From positions 1,070,188-1,102,187 of the forward strand of contig NC_015913.1 of the NCBI RefSeq assembly GCF_000270205.1: a stretch of DNA of 32,000 nt. Reading direction: 5' to 3'. This document shows, in pieces, positions 30,376 through 32,000 of the stretch (positions are counted from its first letter, which is position 1; each line of letters begins with the position of its first letter). The DNA comes from Candidatus Arthromitus sp. SFB-mouse-Japan. Lineage in GTDB: Bacteria; Bacillota; Clostridia; Clostridiales; Clostridiaceae. A program made the translations under genes and the position numbers. The notes beneath the pieces are model-generated. The model did not search any database, was not told the origin of the DNA, and worked only from the letters and a program-made list of their open reading frames with translations.

Positions 30376-32000
30376 CTACTTTACATCATTAATTTCATTC
30401 TTGTTATCATTTCCATTATTATCTCCAAAATTATCTTGATTCATAGAATAATCTTGATTCCTATCTACTATTTGTAAGTGGATATCTTCCGTAATTTTAA
30501 ATTTATTTACAATATTGTTTAACTGAGATGTTGTAATTTTATTATCTTTAATAAATTGTTTCAAGCTATTTATCTTCTCAACAATTTGAAAATTCTTATC
30601 AGAAATATTTGATAATCCAATTGTTCCACTATTAACAGTCGTTGAAATTTCAGTTATTGATCCAACTATTGTTTCAACCGCATCGCTTACCTTTTTAGAT
30701 ATATCTAAGAAATTTTTCATAAAATCATTAATTTTAAATGTGTCACTCCTATACTCCTCACTACTATCTATAAAACTATCGTAATCGAGTATAATTTTAT
30801 TATCTATAAAATCTAGAATCTGTCTTGAACTTATAATCAAACTTTCAATAGACGTATTTACATTTTGAGCTATGCTCTTAATATTATTTGCGGTAACTGA
30901 ACTTTCTTCTGCAAGAGTTCTAATTTCCTCTGCAACAACAGCAAACCCTTTTCCAGCTTCTCCAGCCCTTGCAGCTTCAATTGCTGCATTCAATGCAAGC
31001 AAATTTGTTTGACTTGCAATACTCAAAATAGATTCTGTAAGAGTATTAATTTCATCAACTTCCTTTGATTTAGAAATTGCTGTCTCTAAATCACTCTTAA
31101 CATTCTCGTAAATCTGTATAGCCTTATCTTTAGACTCTGTAATATTACTCTTTATCAAGTTAGTTCGCTTAGAAATATCTTGGGTGCTATCATAACCTTT
31201 TTCAGCATTCATTTTTATATTAAACATCTCATCACTTATAAGTTTTGATGATGCTGTTATTTCTTGAAGAGTCGCATTTGTTTGTTCCATACCAGCATAC
31301 AAATTATCAGTTTCAGAAGATGTAATCGTAGTAGAATCTTTTAACTCTTTTGTCAATAATTCAATCTCACTATACTTAGAATTTAAATCAACTATCTTAA
31401 TCTTAATAATTTTTATCACTTTACCAATATTCAATCTCATCCTAATTAAACCATTATAAGTATTAGTAAGCTCATCTTTAGAATTATTTTGAATCTTATA
31501 ATTATCTATGAGTTCAAAATTAGCTGTCTTGTCAATTATCTTATCATTATCCTCTAATTTTGATAAAATAAGAATCTTAAGTGTAATCAATGATATACCA
31601 AAAAGTAGAATTGCAAATCCTGCTAATAATATAAATGACATAATTTGACTCTTTGTATATGATTCCAACATAGATGACACCGGTAGAAAATAAGAAATTT
31701 TCCATCTAAGATCTGAAATATAATAAGTCAACATCTTATAATTCTTTTTAGCAATTGTTATATCCCCTGAATACAAAACATTTCCAGAATCAGCTTTTGA
31801 TATATTTGTGAGCATATTTTCATCAGTAAGATATTGCCCAACAATATTTTTAAAATCAGAATAAATTACACGCTTATCATGAGCATAAATTTCAACATTA
31901 TTATTGTACATTATATCTAATTTCATATCAGAAACAATATCTTTAATTAAATTTGATGATAAAGTACCACATAAATAGCTAAATACAGATCCTCTAGAAT
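30376..32000 (-). CDS. Methyl-accepting chemotaxis protein (5' end outside the window)
   Basis: The signalling hairpin is canonical: [40 protein letters not shown]. There is a TM segment [27 protein letters not shown] after a periplasmic Cache-like region. My hand translation of 31927-32000 shows no stop upstream of the first Met at 31926 (...[28 protein letters not shown]), so the gene continues past nt 32000. Confidence 0.85.
   Translation of the reverse strand, partial: SRGSVFSYLCGTLSSNLIKDIVSDMKLDIMYNNNVEIYAHDKRVIYSDFKNIVGQYLTDENMLTNISKADSGNVLYSGDITIAKKNYKMLTYYISDLRWKISYFLPVSSMLESYTKSQIMSFILLAGFAILLFGISLITLKILILSKLEDNDKIIDKTANFELIDNYKIQNNSKDELTNTYNGLIRMRLNIGKVIKIIKIKIVDLNSKYSEIELLTKELKDSTTITSSETDNLYAGMEQTNATLQEITASSKLISDEMFNIKMNAEKGYDSTQDISKRTNLIKSNITESKDKAIQIYENVKSDLETAISKSKEVDEINTLTESILSIASQTNLLALNAAIEAARAGEAGKGFAVVAEEIRTLAEESSVTANNIKSIAQNVNTSIESLIISSRQILDFIDNKIILDYDSFIDSSEEYRSDTFKINDFMKNFLDISKKVSDAVETIVGSITEISTTVNSGTIGLSNISDKNFQIVEKINSLKQFIKDNKITTSQLNNIVNKFKITEDIHLQIVDRNQDYSMNQDNFGDNNGNDNKNEINDVK

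Noticed and set aside
1-32000. Mobile element, prophage, genomic-island boundaries, CRISPR array, tRNA/rRNA genes
   Set aside because: I found no integrase, transposase or phage genes, no regularly spaced direct repeats and no tRNA-like or rRNA-like sequence. Intergenic regions are short and are accounted for by promoters and hairpin terminators.

Overview
Very AT-rich (by eye under 30% G+C) Firmicutes/Clostridia-type chromosomal segment. It carries the sporulation operon spoIIAA-spoIIAB-sigF, a methyl-accepting chemoreceptor and a flagellin-like gene, so the host is probably an endospore-forming, motile clostridial organism. Composition and gene content would fit a host-associated, reduced-genome lineage such as segmented filamentous bacteria, but I cannot verify that guess. 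Layout: 0-6.8 kb holds an MgsA_C-like protein, an orphan PTS EIIC, a divergent pair of a choloylglycine-hydrolase (bile salt hydrolase) family enzyme and a tandem-SCP2 membrane protein, and a DAACS symporter. 6.8-8.4 kb is the spoIIA operon. 8.5-12 kb holds a hypothetical protein, an M28 peptidase and an orphan family-5 lipoprotein SBP. 12.1-26.2 kb is the standout: four head-to-tail paralogous genes of about 1,100 codons on the minus strand. Each encodes a paralog-specific low-complexity N-terminal module, a shared core with serial beta-sandwich-like modules, and a C-terminal tandem DUF4214-like domain. Three of the four have lipoprotein signal peptides. An 85-aa ORF is embedded in the array, which is split into sub-units by intrinsic terminators. 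26.4-32 kb holds a polysaccharide deacetylase, a CaCA antiporter, a short degenerate flagellin-like protein, a MalY/PatB-like PLP enzyme and an MCP that runs off the window. I saw no tRNA/rRNA, CRISPR, transposase, integrase or recombinase. All homology calls come from motif recognition by eye; no database search was possible.
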